From a virus: DNA of 44,975 nucleotides. The position numbers were made by a program, and so were the translations under genes. The stretch spans positions 1 through 44,975 of IMG/VR virus record IMGVR_UViG_3300031539_000078; one strand, 5' to 3'. Within the stretch, counting starts at the first letter, position 1. Every line of letters starts with the position of its first letter. This document shows, piece by piece, positions 7,876 through 17,449 of this stretch. The notes beneath the pieces were generated by a model. It did not search any database and was not told the DNA's origin. It saw only the letters and a list, made by a program, of their open reading frames with translations.

Positions 7876-8208
7876 ATGGAAGGGTCAAATGTAATAATGG
7901 AAGGTTTTGGCAGTTCAGCTTTGACCACTGAGGGTTATGGTTATGAGTCAAGGCGACCTTATAAAGAGGGATTGTTAAAACAAATATCGGCAATGCCACA
8001 ATTACGAAGTTTAGAAGGTGTTATTGCGAACCTGTTTACTGAAATGCGTTCTACTGTGGGGCCTGAATCGGCGGTAGATGCTATCTGGGCAACTATAGAC
8101 AAAGCAATTCTTTCACAACCTGGTGTCTATGCCAGACCCCAAAATATGGGTAGCACTCAGAAGGTCATATATGGCTTATCACAAATTCAAGAAAAGGAGG
8201 CTTTATGA
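7876..8208 (+). CDS. Hypothetical structural-module protein
   Basis: 110-aa track ORF with SD AGGAGG. Confidence 0.6.
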   Translation: MEGSNVIMEGFGSSALTTEGYGYESRRPYKEGLLKQISAMPQLRSLEGVIANLFTEMRSTVGPESAVDAIWATIDKAILSQPGVYARPQNMGSTQKVIYGLSQIQEKEAL

Positions 8209-8387
8209 AGCAAATTCCAATAAGTAAAGTAAAGCAGATGACAGCACAGGAAATCAAGGATGGGGGATGTTTTGAGATTACATCGGATGAGCAACCAGTG
8301 GCGATTGTGATTGTGGGTGCAGTGCAGGAAATGAAACAACGCATAACTGTCCTGGCTTCACAGATTGATTTAGCACGGGGGAAATAA
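8205..8387 (+). CDS. Hypothetical small protein
   Basis: 60-aa track ORF with SD AAGGAGG and an ATGA overlap with the upstream gene. Confidence 0.5.
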   Translation: MKQIPISKVKQMTAQEIKDGGCFEITSDEQPVAIVIVGAVQEMKQRITVLASQIDLARGK

Positions 8388-8564
8388 TTGCCTATCTATG
8401 AGTTCGTGTGCGAGGTTTGTGGCACACAATTCGAGAGGCTAAACCCTGGGAAGGATGAGAAATGCCCCGAATGTGGGAGCCAAAAGCTAAGGCGTAAGTT
8501 CTCAACATTTGCATGGAATTTCTCGCCTTACTTCATAAACTTAAAAGAGGAAGGGTTGGATTAA
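8388..8564 (+). CDS. FmdB-family-like zinc-ribbon protein (58 aa, TTG start)
   Basis: Not in the track because it is under 60 aa. Translation PIYEFVCEVCGTQFERL....KCPECGSQKLRR matches the CxxC...CxxC FmdB-type ribbon from memory. Confidence 0.55.
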   Translation: MPIYEFVCEVCGTQFERLNPGKDEKCPECGSQKLRRKFSTFAWNFSPYFINLKEEGLD

Positions 8565-8567
8565 ACA

Positions 8568-8852
8568 ATGCCGGAAGGACAGACAAGTGGCGGGGTTAAG
8601 CCTATAGCGAAAACAGAAATTAAGGATGGACGAGGTAACCTGCTTGTCGCTTTTAGTTCGGAAGATGTCAAGAGTTTTTGGACTCAACTCTACCAGAAAG
8701 AAAGGATTGAGTATGCGATGAAATGTCGGAATAAAGAAATTCCTCTCCATTATAGAACTGGCAAACCATTTCCTGTAGGAATTTCTCAAATAATTTGGGA
8801 GATAGTCAAGTTAAGGTTAAGGAGGTTTTATGCCAGAATTAGGAGAGATTAG
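8568..8852 (+). CDS. Hypothetical protein
   Basis: 94-aa track ORF. Its 3' end overlaps the HNH gene start by 23 nt. Confidence 0.4.
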   Translation: MPEGQTSGGVKPIAKTEIKDGRGNLLVAFSSEDVKSFWTQLYQKERIEYAMKCRNKEIPLHYRTGKPFPVGISQIIWEIVKLRLRRFYARIRRD

Positions 8853-9381
8853 AAAGGCTAAAGAACTTGGACGCCCAAATACTGATGAATATCACTATAT
8901 TTATGCTGGTTGCATAGATTGTGGTAAGGAACGATGGATTCAATTCGCAAAAGGCAAACCTAGGAATTTAAGATGTTATAGTTGTGCTGCTAAGTTGCGT
9001 TCTGGGGAGAATAGTAATAGTTGGAAGGGCGGAAGATGTAAGAAAAGTAATGGTTATATCTTAATTAAGCTCCAACCAGATAACTTCTTTTATTCAATGC
9101 ATGACTGTAGTGGTTATGTCTTAGAACATCGACTGATAATGGCAAAATCATTAGGGCGCAATCTTCACCCTTGGGAAATCGTTCATCATAAGAACCATAT
9201 TAGGGATGATAATAGGATTGGGAATCTGCAACTTGTGAGTGATGATAGGCACAGACAAATAACCATCCTTGAAAACAAAATTGAGCAACTTGAGCAGACT
9301 GTAACCAAGCAGACTACGCAGATTAAGTTATTACAATGGCATATTAAACAACTAGAAAGAGTCGAAATAGAATCAAAGTAA
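8830..9381 (+). CDS. HNH homing endonuclease (Zn-ribbon N-domain plus HNH), paralog 1
   Basis: CGKERW...CYSC ribbon, then GYVLEHRLIMAKSLGRNLHPWEIVHHKNHIRDDNRIGNLQL. SD AAGGAGG. Confidence 0.85.
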   Translation: MPELGEIRKAKELGRPNTDEYHYIYAGCIDCGKERWIQFAKGKPRNLRCYSCAAKLRSGENSNSWKGGRCKKSNGYILIKLQPDNFFYSMHDCSGYVLEHRLIMAKSLGRNLHPWEIVHHKNHIRDDNRIGNLQLVSDDRHRQITILENKIEQLEQTVTKQTTQIKLLQWHIKQLERVEIESK

Positions 9382-9398
9382 AAATAGGAGGTAAGAAT

Positions 9399-9788
9399 AT
9401 GGCAGAGAGATGTATTCCAACAGCGTTACTATTCCAGAATGTGAGCAAGTTTCTATCGGCAACTGCTACATCAGCAGCATTCACTCATCTAAGCCTATGT
9501 GGTGAGGCTATGGGTGATTTTGGTGTAGACACCACAGACTTTACCGATGAACTTACCCGAGAGGAAGTCACCCCAACATTAGACACGGTTACTAAGACTA
9601 ATGACCTGGTAGTGATGGCAAAGGCAGCCTGGACACCTGGGGCAGATACTATCTATGGGGCTGGTGTGTTTACTGGCTTAGAGGATGCTACGCTGCAAAT
9701 TTTCCACGAATGGGCTGTTGAAGTTGCCTTTGAAGCTACAGATACAGTTAGTGAAACAATTAACTTGCAATCTAAGCAAGGGGCATAA
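9399..9788 (+). CDS. Hypothetical structural-module protein
   Basis: 129-aa track ORF with SD AGGAGG. Confidence 0.55.
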   Translation: MAERCIPTALLFQNVSKFLSATATSAAFTHLSLCGEAMGDFGVDTTDFTDELTREEVTPTLDTVTKTNDLVVMAKAAWTPGADTIYGAGVFTGLEDATLQIFHEWAVEVAFEATDTVSETINLQSKQGA

Positions 9789-9874
9789 TAAGAACTAAGA
9801 GAAGCCGCTGGTCTAATCACCAGCAGTTTGCTTTTGGAGGCTAAATGAAAGCCAAAATACAGAGGAGTAATTAG

Positions 9875-11863
9875 ATGGCTTGGCTTACAGGATATGGTTA
9901 TAGGCAAACGGTTCCTCTAAAGCGAGAAGATGGGGCTGTAGAAGATTACCAAATGAAGCTCGCCGTGCATAAAGGGGCAGGCGATTCATTAGAAGATGAT
10001 GTTTACCTTAAAACGCATGCCTTAAGCTGGACAGGGACAGTTCCTAATGATATTCGCTTTACAACAGCAGATGGTAGCACTGAACTTCATTACTGGATAG
10101 AAAGCTCCGATGCCAATGACGCAGTTGTTTGGATAGAGTTTGACGAGATAGGAACGACAGATACGGACTTCTATGTTTACTACGGCAAGGCAGATGATAC
10201 CACAACAAGCAACATAGGAAATACATTCATCCTTGGCGATGATTTTGATAGAGGGGATAGTGGCACAGTTGGGAATGATTGGGTAGAGACTGGGGACTGC
10301 CAAATACTTAGTAATGCTCTTGTATTAACTAGAGCTGATGCTGATGCTAGCTGTCAGCATGTCATAACCGACCCTGCTACTTCAGTTATGGTGGAAGCCT
10401 TAATGAAAACTAGCGTTCTCGCCGATGAGATGTATAACGCTATGTATTTTGAGAGGGTTGCCAATTATGTGTATGGTTTGGGATTTATCAAAACAGCAGG
10501 CAAATTTGGTTATCTGGATAGTTCTGCTTGGTCTACCTTTGGGGCTTGCTCTGATGACACATATTATCGCTTTGGCATGATGTATGATATAAGCGACCAC
10601 CTTGTTGACCATTACATAGACAATGCCCTCCAGTATTCTGATAAGACTCCATACAATGAAACAAATGCTGCACTGTTTATTCGATTCAACGCCAGTAATG
10701 CTAATAGTATCTTTACCATAGATTGGATATTTGAGAGGAAGTATATCTCCCCAGAGCCAACTTGGGGGACTTGGGGGAGTGAAGTTACAGCTCCCACAGT
10801 TACCACTCAAGCAGTCTCCGATATAGCCCCAACCACAGCCACAGGAAATGGAACTATTACAGATAATGGTGGAGAAGATGCCAGTGCGTGGGGAGTTTGT
10901 GTCGCCACAACAGAGAATCCAGACATAGAAGATACTGTATTTGCTGGTAGCGGTGCTGGCGGAGTCGGAGCTTTTACTGCTCCTATGACTGGATTAACTC
11001 CTGGGGAGCATTACTATGTTAGAGCCTATGCTACCAACTCAGCAGGAACAGGGTATGGTGAGCAGGTTGAATTTAGGGCATCCTATGACCGCTCATCTAC
11101 AGCCTTATTAGGGTTGACTCCATCGGCTTCCAGGGTAGCGGTGCTCACCCGAGGTGATTCAGCTTTACTTGGTTTATTAACAACTGCATCAAGGATTAAG
11201 GGTATAACTCGTGCTGGTACTGCCTTACTGGGATTAAAAGTTACCGCCTCAAGAGTGAGGGGTCGTATTCGGAGTGCTACAGCATTATTGGGATTAAAAG
11301 CTACAGCCACTAAAACAATGGCTCTTAGTAGGGCTGACACTGCTCTCTTGGGATTAAAGACTACTGCTACTAGGGTTATTGCCCTTGCAAGAACCAAAAC
11401 TGCACTTCTGGGGCTAAAAACAACTGCTTCAAGAGTAGTGGCATTAACAAGGGGGGCTACCGCCTTATTAGGACTAAAGACAACAGCCTCATGGAATAGG
11501 ACTTATATTAGAAGTGCTACAGCCTTACTGGGTTTGAAAACCACTGCTTTAAGGGTAGTAAGTTTAAGCCGTGTTGACACGGCTTTATTGGGTCTGAAAT
11601 CTACAGCCTCTCGTACAGTAGCCCTTGTCCGCAGTAAGACTTCGCTCTTGGGTTTGCATACAACTGCCTCAAGGGTGGTGGCTCTTACTCGAACTAGCAC
11701 AGCCCTATTAGGGCTTAAAACAACTGCACTAGTATTTATACCAAAGAAAATGTTCCTTACCCTGCAACTTTATGCTCGAGACCTGACATTGAAGTTACAC
11801 AGTCGGGCTTTGATAACTAAATTATACAACAGGGCTTTAACGCTAAAAGCGAGGATAAAATAA
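9875..11863 (+). CDS. Tail fibre / receptor-binding protein (DUF2341-like N-domain, LamG-like region, Fn3/Ig-like module, 20-aa tandem repeats)
   Basis: The N-terminus GYGYRQTV...YQMKL....DIRFTTADGSTELHYWIES....VWIEF..I....DFYVYYGK resembles DUF2341. YYVRAYATNSAGTGYGEQVEF resembles an Fn3-like module. Repeats are seen directly. Confidence 0.65.
   Translation: MAWLTGYGYRQTVPLKREDGAVEDYQMKLAVHKGAGDSLEDDVYLKTHALSWTGTVPNDIRFTTADGSTELHYWIESSDANDAVVWIEFDEIGTTDTDFYVYYGKADDTTTSNIGNTFILGDDFDRGDSGTVGNDWVETGDCQILSNALVLTRADADASCQHVITDPATSVMVEALMKTSVLADEMYNAMYFERVANYVYGLGFIKTAGKFGYLDSSAWSTFGACSDDTYYRFGMMYDISDHLVDHYIDNALQYSDKTPYNETNAALFIRFNASNANSIFTIDWIFERKYISPEPTWGTWGSEVTAPTVTTQAVSDIAPTTATGNGTITDNGGEDASAWGVCVATTENPDIEDTVFAGSGAGGVGAFTAPMTGLTPGEHYYVRAYATNSAGTGYGEQVEFRASYDRSSTALLGLTPSASRVAVLTRGDSALLGLLTTASRIKGITRAGTALLGLKVTASRVRGRIRSATALLGLKATATKTMALSRADTALLGLKTTATRVIALARTKTALLGLKTTASRVVALTRGATALLGLKTTASWNRTYIRSATALLGLKTTALRVVSLSRVDTALLGLKSTASRTVALVRSKTSLLGLHTTASRVVALTRTSTALLGLKTTALVFIPKKMFLTLQLYARDLTLKLHSRALITKLYNRALTLKARIK
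11096..11863 (+). repeat. In-frame tandem repeats: 11 x 60 bp (TALLGLKTTASRVxxLxRxx), then about 3 x 27 bp (RALTLKL-type)
   Basis: Period-60 recurrence of ctgggattaaaa-type strings from 11099 to ~11758. Both strands stay open across it. Confidence 0.9.
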
Positions 11864-11864
11864 T

Positions 11865-12446
11865 ATGCCCGAGATAGGCGAAATCAAAAGACCTAGGGAA
11901 ATTGGGCGTAAAGGAAGAGCTAAATATATTTGGGCAGCCTGTGCGAAGTGTGGTAAGGAAAGATGGGTATATCCAAAGAAGAATGAACCTAAATATAAGT
12001 GCTGCCGGTCTTGTGGGCAAAAGGGTAAGCATAACCCAATAGGCTTACTGATGCAAGGTAAGCGTGGCAAGGATTGTCATAATTGGAAGGGTGGCAAAAC
12101 CCATACAGGGGGTTATGTATTAATACTTCTCAATCCAGGCGACTTCTTCTATCCAATGGCTGATAAAAGTAGTTATGTTCTTGAACACCGCTTGGTTATG
12201 GCAAAACATCTTAATAGATGTCTTCAACCGTGGGAAATGGTGCATCACAAAAACGGTATCAAGAATGATAACCGATTAGAAAATCTAGAATTAACAATTA
12301 ATAGTATTCATCTCACCACACACAATAAGGGTTATCAGGATGGTTATCAAAAAGGATTGCTCGATGGTCGATTAAAACAAATACGGGAGCTTAACGAAAT
12401 GATTCAAGAATTGCAGAAAAATTTAAAGCGACTTGGAGGGAATTAA
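11865..12446 (+). CDS. HNH homing endonuclease, paralog 2
   Basis: MPEIGEIKRPREIGR (compare MPELGEIRKAKELGR in paralog 1), CAKCGKERW, SYVLEHRLVMAKHLNRCLQPWEMVHHKNGIKNDNRLENLEL. Confidence 0.85.
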   Translation: MPEIGEIKRPREIGRKGRAKYIWAACAKCGKERWVYPKKNEPKYKCCRSCGQKGKHNPIGLLMQGKRGKDCHNWKGGKTHTGGYVLILLNPGDFFYPMADKSSYVLEHRLVMAKHLNRCLQPWEMVHHKNGIKNDNRLENLELTINSIHLTTHNKGYQDGYQKGLLDGRLKQIRELNEMIQELQKNLKRLGGN

Positions 12447-12447
12447 T

Positions 12448-12765
12448 ATGAGCGACCTCGTAATTCCTCGGGGAGATTATGGCTTTAACCTAGCTTTCAC
12501 CGTACAGGAGGATGATGGCACAGTCTATGTCTTGACAGGCTACACAATTACGATGAAGGTTTGGGCGAAGGATATACCAGGCAGTCCCGTAGTGGAGGAC
12601 ACCTGCGATATTGATATCGCTGCCAGTGGCACTTGTCATTACACTGTGAAAAGTGGGGATTTTGATACTGCTGGCGAATATCTTATTGAATTAGAGCTTT
12701 CTAAGACTGGACTGGCGGTAGAAAGCACCAGATATTACACCCTGGAAGTTAAGGAGAGTGCATAA
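12448..12765 (+). CDS. Small Ig-like / BppU-N-like tail accessory protein
   Basis: ATG 12448 with SD GGAGGG. The track start at 12433 lies inside the HNH gene. Beta-rich 105 aa, and the pattern resembles baseplate upper protein Ig domains (weak). Confidence 0.45.
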   Translation: MSDLVIPRGDYGFNLAFTVQEDDGTVYVLTGYTITMKVWAKDIPGSPVVEDTCDIDIAASGTCHYTVKSGDFDTAGEYLIELELSKTGLAVESTRYYTLEVKESA

Positions 12766-13838
12766 TGAGTATAAAACTTTCAGAGTTCATAACTAAATTT
12801 AATAACCTTATTGACGACAATATCACTGGCACGACTGATACTGCTGGGGCTGTGGATGGAAGCACACTTATTGATACAGCACTTAGCCGATATGATGATA
12901 GTTTCTTTGGCGATCCTGAAAGGGACCCTGAATGGTGGGTTTATCTTCCCGCTAGTGCAGCCCTTCGGACAGTTAAGAAATCCCTATCGAGTGGAATAAT
13001 AAGCGTTCACAGGGTTTTTGCCACTAGGGTTCTTGCCAACAGTGCTTACGAATTGCATAAATATGACCGGGCTAAGAAGGTAATTGCTGCCAATCAAGCC
13101 CTGAATGATGCTTACCCTTATTTCTATAAACCTTTATATGATACGAGTTTATGGGGACAGAATAGTTATGGCATATCGCCCAATGAATATAACAAATTCA
13201 TTTACTCAGTGCCCGCCACTTTCACAGAATATCCCGACCGGATATGGTTATTGGAATCTTACACTGGAAGTCACACGGCGGCGGCTGAGTCTCTTACTGT
13301 CTTAACGGATTCCGCTGCCAGTTTCACAATCAATGAATTAATAGGGAGAGTGGTTTATAACAAGGATGATGTCAGTAAGGCAACTGTTACAGCCAATACT
13401 GCTACAACGGTAACGGGTACACTTGTAGGTGGCACAGACCATAAATGGGAAGTAGGTGATGAGTATATCGTTCAGAAACCAAACAGGAAACCGATAGAAC
13501 TTCGAGAGTATGTCATCCCTGATGTTGGTGGAACAACCCTGGAATTTTATGCCGACATTAACGAGAATTACCTTATCGCCCTACAGGGCAAAACACAACT
13601 AACTCAATTCACCAATGATGCTTCAACCACCGAATTAACCGATGTTCAAGCCCGGATAGTTTGTTTTAAGGCTGCGGCCAATCTTCACCGTATGCTTTCA
13701 GGGCAAGTAAATGCCAAAGATTCAGGAAGGTTTGATAGTCTGGCAAGTAGATATGAGGACGAATTTGAGCGAAGGAAAGTACGAGGAGGAATGTCTATTT
13801 TGACTCATTTAAGTTTAGATTGGAGCTGGATGGAATGA
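12765..13838 (+). CDS. Hypothetical tail/baseplate module protein
   Basis: 357-aa track ORF with SD AAGGAGA and a TAATG overlap. Confidence 0.6.
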   Translation: MSIKLSEFITKFNNLIDDNITGTTDTAGAVDGSTLIDTALSRYDDSFFGDPERDPEWWVYLPASAALRTVKKSLSSGIISVHRVFATRVLANSAYELHKYDRAKKVIAANQALNDAYPYFYKPLYDTSLWGQNSYGISPNEYNKFIYSVPATFTEYPDRIWLLESYTGSHTAAAESLTVLTDSAASFTINELIGRVVYNKDDVSKATVTANTATTVTGTLVGGTDHKWEVGDEYIVQKPNRKPIELREYVIPDVGGTTLEFYADINENYLIALQGKTQLTQFTNDASTTELTDVQARIVCFKAAANLHRMLSGQVNAKDSGRFDSLASRYEDEFERRKVRGGMSILTHLSLDWSWME

Positions 13839-14053
13839 AAAAAGAGAAGATAAAAGAGAAGATAGGGCTTCCGTCTGGGAAGCCCAAATTCTTATCAGCA
13901 CAGGATTTCAAACTATTCTCATTGGAAGATAAGCAGGTACTCAGGGATGTTTTGACTGAGGCTGGCTGTGATCCTGACGAATACGAGGAGAAAATGAAAG
14001 CCTTATTCCCCAAGAAGTTTGAACCAAAGCCACTCGTATGGAGAAATAAATGA
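13835..14053 (+). CDS. Hypothetical small protein
   Basis: In-frame ATG at 13835 forms an ATGA overlap with the upstream stop. 72 aa. Confidence 0.5.
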   Translation: MKKEKIKEKIGLPSGKPKFLSAQDFKLFSLEDKQVLRDVLTEAGCDPDEYEEKMKALFPKKFEPKPLVWRNK

Positions 14054-14502
14054 GAGGCATAGATTTGGCTTATTATGCGGGATTTTTTGATGGTGAAGGG
14101 TGGATTGGATTGCGAGAGAATAATTTTGGGCATCAACAAAAGTCAACTTATTATTTTTCTTGCCAAGTAGGTTCAACAAATGAGTGGATTATCCAAAGTC
14201 TCAAATTTGCTTTTGGGGGTAGCATTTTACTTCGTCGTCAAAATCCCAAATGGAAGGATGTCTGGGTTTGGACAGTTTCAGCAAGGAAAGCTACTTCTTT
14301 TTTACAACTAATTTATCCTTACCTTAAATTAAAGAAACCTCAAGCCGATATTGTTTTAAAGTTTCAAAGGCATAAAGTAAGGTCAGGGCGTGGGGGACAC
14401 TCACAAGAATATTTTGATATAGAAAATGAGGCATACGAAATTATAAAGAGACTTAATAAACGAGGGAAATCTCCAAATAAGGAAGTGATGAGCCATGGCT
14501 GA
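14050..14502 (+). CDS. LAGLIDADG homing endonuclease (single-motif type), paralog 1
   Basis: LAYYAGFFDGEGWIGL motif. 150 aa. Overlaps both neighbours (ATGA at its start, 8 nt at its end). Confidence 0.8.
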   Translation: MRGIDLAYYAGFFDGEGWIGLRENNFGHQQKSTYYFSCQVGSTNEWIIQSLKFAFGGSILLRRQNPKWKDVWVWTVSARKATSFLQLIYPYLKLKKPQADIVLKFQRHKVRSGRGGHSQEYFDIENEAYEIIKRLNKRGKSPNKEVMSHG

Positions 14503-16999
14503 GTCATACGATATTACCTTCCTTCATATAACAACAGCAATTAAGGTTGAGGCTGCTTCTGGGGCTAAAAACATAGATGTTACTTCCACAACAGGTATGG
14601 CAGCCGCAGAAGCTATCTCAATCGTTCTTGATAATGACAGCGTGCATTGGGACATAATCACTGGGATTACGGATGCTGATACGCTGGTTATAAAAGGTGG
14701 GATTCCTACTGGGCGACACGCACATGTAGCTGCAGTAGTCAAGACTTATTATGCCTATATGCTTCACCAAAAGGGCGAGACTAAGGACTGGCTTGTGACA
14801 GAAGCTCCCCTGTTACCCCAAACGCTAATCACAGGTAATGCTTCTCCAGACAACATTTCCCCTGAAAGAGAAATCCAGATAAGCCAGGTTGATTGGCGTA
14901 AAGGCTTTCAGGACTTAATACTAGATGATGAGTATAAATACTATGCCTCCCAGAACTGCGATGCCAGATTCAAGGGGCAAGTTATCCTATCGGGGAAAAA
15001 GTTAGATGCTATGTCTCTTTCTGGGGCTTGCCCTAGAGCAATAGAAGATGCGGGGATGGAGGAATGGGATGATGCTAACACGCTCACTTATTGGACTAAG
15101 ACGGGGGATGGACTCCTAGCCCAGAGTACCGATAAGCACGGCGGAACTTATGCTGCAAGGCTAAAAGCTGCCTCTGGGGAAACAGAGGAGATTTATCAGG
15201 ATTTCCCATTTAGTGCTGCAGACCGGAGCGTGGAATTTACTCTTAAGGCGTGGTGCAAAAAGGATGCAGATTTAGATGAAGCGAAAATAGGCATAGAGGA
15301 TAAGGATGGCAGTGTCACATGGACAGCCGTAACAGAAACCAATTATACACAAAAAACCTGCACAAAAACTCTGGCTGCCGATGCCACTCGTCTAAGAATC
15401 CGTTTTTATGCTACGGAGGCTGGGGGTGCTCAATATTTCTACGTAGATGATGTCACCTGCACTCGTGCTGCCGAGCTTGGTACTTGTGCCAAGATGGGGC
15501 AATTTGGCTCAACCATTATTGGGGCATCAGGAAAGAGTTTATTCAAAATAGCATCAGGGGCTATTACTCACCTAGCGGGGTTTGCCGACACGATTACCGA
15601 CTTCTGTGTTTTTGAAACCAGGCTTTATATTGCTTTGGGATGGAGCAAGGCGTTCTGGTACACAGCCGACTTATCCCAATTTGTTGAAAGCACACTCGAT
15701 AATAACACAGCAAAACACATGTCTAATGTGGGTGGTGGGCAATTCTGGATTACCGATACTAAGAACACTATGCGGGTTAGTGATAATCCCATCAATGGCG
15801 GGACTCCCTTTACCGCTACACCCTATACGGTAGGTAGTGCAGATTATGAGATTACAGGTTTGGTTGACCACGCCGAGATAGTCTTTTGTCGCAAGCAAGA
15901 CCAAGTTTATTACTTAAGCGAAGCCGATGTTTTGCCCCTACTTCCCAAGATAGCTTGCGAGGCTTCCACTACTCTTTCTTATAAATTGTATAGGTGGGGA
16001 GATTGTTTATACATTCCCGCTGGGGTAAATTCTTTATACGAATATGACATAAGCACGGGGATAGCAACCACCATTTCTCCTGTGCGATATGCCCCTGGGG
16101 ATAGTGGTTTTATGGAAGAAGTAACAGCGATTTGTGCTGATGAGACTTATTTCTACCTAGCTATAGATTATGATACTGCGATAATAATATTGGCGGGCAG
16201 ATGGGAAACAGTTGAGGGGGATACAGATTGGTTTTGGCATCCACTATATGAGAAGACCTCCAATGACATAACGGCGATGTTTATTTCCAGTGCGGATGCG
16301 GGGAATAAGCGATTATATGCAGGTACAGATACCTCAGGCGATGGTATTTATCCATTTATCATGTCCGTTAGTTATTCTGATGTTTTGTACGAAGATGGTT
16401 ATTTGTTTGAGGCTTCGGGTAACTTTTATACCCCTTGGCTTACTGGCAATTTCCCCACAGAGAAAAAATATTGGAAATCGGTAAATATAACATATCGGCT
16501 TTTCTCCAATACTACTCTCACTACTTATTGCCAGCAGAAGGGTGATGGGAGTTGGGGAACAGAATTGGGAACTCTCTCTTATGTTAGTGCTGGTGAAAAA
16601 ATGGTGACCTATAATCTAAACAAATCATCCGAGAGGGTAAGGTTTAGGTTTGTCCTAGCCACTGGGGGTAGTTTTACTCCCATTCTCTATGGTCTGGGTG
16701 GTGGCTATGCTGTATTTGCTAACTTACAAGAAACGCACAAGAACCAAATTAAAGCTACTATCCAGCTTTCCCCTACATTCAGGGAAAGGAATGGAAGTGT
16801 TGTGGCGAGGACAATGGCAACGGACAAGACTAATCTCAGGGCATTATATGATGCAAATGGTGCAATGACTGTTACGGGACCTGATGATACGGAGTACAGC
16901 GTTCTATTTGCCCGGGATGGATATGACGAACAACTAGCCTATGATGAGACAGGAAGGCTAGAGAACTGGTGGGTTACTGTAAGGCTTTTGGAGGTCTAA
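14495..16999 (+). CDS. Large tail protein with CBM4/9-like jelly-roll insert
   Basis: 834 aa. The segment EEWDDANTLTYWTKTGDG...GGTYAARLKA....EIYQDF......FTLKAWCK.......YFYVDDVTC resembles carbohydrate-binding modules (from memory). Confidence 0.6.
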   Translation: MAESYDITFLHITTAIKVEAASGAKNIDVTSTTGMAAAEAISIVLDNDSVHWDIITGITDADTLVIKGGIPTGRHAHVAAVVKTYYAYMLHQKGETKDWLVTEAPLLPQTLITGNASPDNISPEREIQISQVDWRKGFQDLILDDEYKYYASQNCDARFKGQVILSGKKLDAMSLSGACPRAIEDAGMEEWDDANTLTYWTKTGDGLLAQSTDKHGGTYAARLKAASGETEEIYQDFPFSAADRSVEFTLKAWCKKDADLDEAKIGIEDKDGSVTWTAVTETNYTQKTCTKTLAADATRLRIRFYATEAGGAQYFYVDDVTCTRAAELGTCAKMGQFGSTIIGASGKSLFKIASGAITHLAGFADTITDFCVFETRLYIALGWSKAFWYTADLSQFVESTLDNNTAKHMSNVGGGQFWITDTKNTMRVSDNPINGGTPFTATPYTVGSADYEITGLVDHAEIVFCRKQDQVYYLSEADVLPLLPKIACEASTTLSYKLYRWGDCLYIPAGVNSLYEYDISTGIATTISPVRYAPGDSGFMEEVTAICADETYFYLAIDYDTAIIILAGRWETVEGDTDWFWHPLYEKTSNDITAMFISSADAGNKRLYAGTDTSGDGIYPFIMSVSYSDVLYEDGYLFEASGNFYTPWLTGNFPTEKKYWKSVNITYRLFSNTTLTTYCQQKGDGSWGTELGTLSYVSAGEKMVTYNLNKSSERVRFRFVLATGGSFTPILYGLGGGYAVFANLQETHKNQIKATIQLSPTFRERNGSVVARTMATDKTNLRALYDANGAMTVTGPDDTEYSVLFARDGYDEQLAYDETGRLENWWVTVRLLEV

Positions 17000-17406
17000 T
17001 GAGAGCACACGATATTAAATTTACCATGAACTCGGGTGAACACAACGGGGAACAATATGGCTTTACTTTAGCTGAAGTAGACGGCAAGAAGGCTTGGAAA
17101 GCTCGCAAGAAATGGTATTCCCCACCCTCAATGATTGCGTATGAGATTAACGCAACAGTCACGGCTAGGGAAAAGAATATCCCCTTGAGTGGTGCTGTGG
17201 AATTAAAGCAAGTAAATAAAATCTTGGAAGACCTTAATGTCATCTTTGGGGAAACAGAGAAGCCAGTTACCTTATTGGGATTTGATAAACGGGAATACCC
17301 AATCCTGGTTGATAAGAGTGGAATAACAACAGAGGCAATAATACACGAAAAGGAACGAGAACCTGAATATCAAGTCTCATTGCTTTGCTGGGGACTCTAT
17401 GAATAA
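16999..17406 (+). CDS. Hypothetical tail-module protein, tandem paralog A
   Basis: ATG 16999 (TAATG overlap, SD GGAGG). Shares LAEVDGKKAW, PPS.I and ...PEY.V...CW with 17450-17845. Confidence 0.6.
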   Translation: MRAHDIKFTMNSGEHNGEQYGFTLAEVDGKKAWKARKKWYSPPSMIAYEINATVTAREKNIPLSGAVELKQVNKILEDLNVIFGETEKPVTLLGFDKREYPILVDKSGITTEAIIHEKEREPEYQVSLLCWGLYE

Positions 17407-17449
17407 AGGTCGGAAAGTTGGAAAGTATGAATAAAAAGGAGGATTAAAA

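Noticed and set aside
8568-9788. Group I intron or intein explanation for the homing endonucleases (for example 8568-8852 and 9399-9788 as exons split by the HNH gene)
   Set aside because: Each endonuclease ORF has its own SD or promoter and overlaps neighbours by a few nt. Flanking ORFs have their own strong SDs and start codons. No intron-like structured non-coding flanks or in-frame host-protein fusions were seen. They look like free-standing HEGs.
11083-11700. Minus-strand ORFs (11083-11397 and 11503-11700) across the 60-bp tandem repeats
   Set aside because: Same reason: they are antisense to a well-supported gene and simply mirror its period. There are no start-site signals.
11096-11863. 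Tandem repeats as a CRISPR array or a DGR variable region
   Set aside because: The units are contiguous with no spacers, lie in frame inside a long ORF and are translated as a 20-aa repeat. The window has no cas genes, no reverse transcriptase and no template/variable repeat pair with adenine-specific differences.
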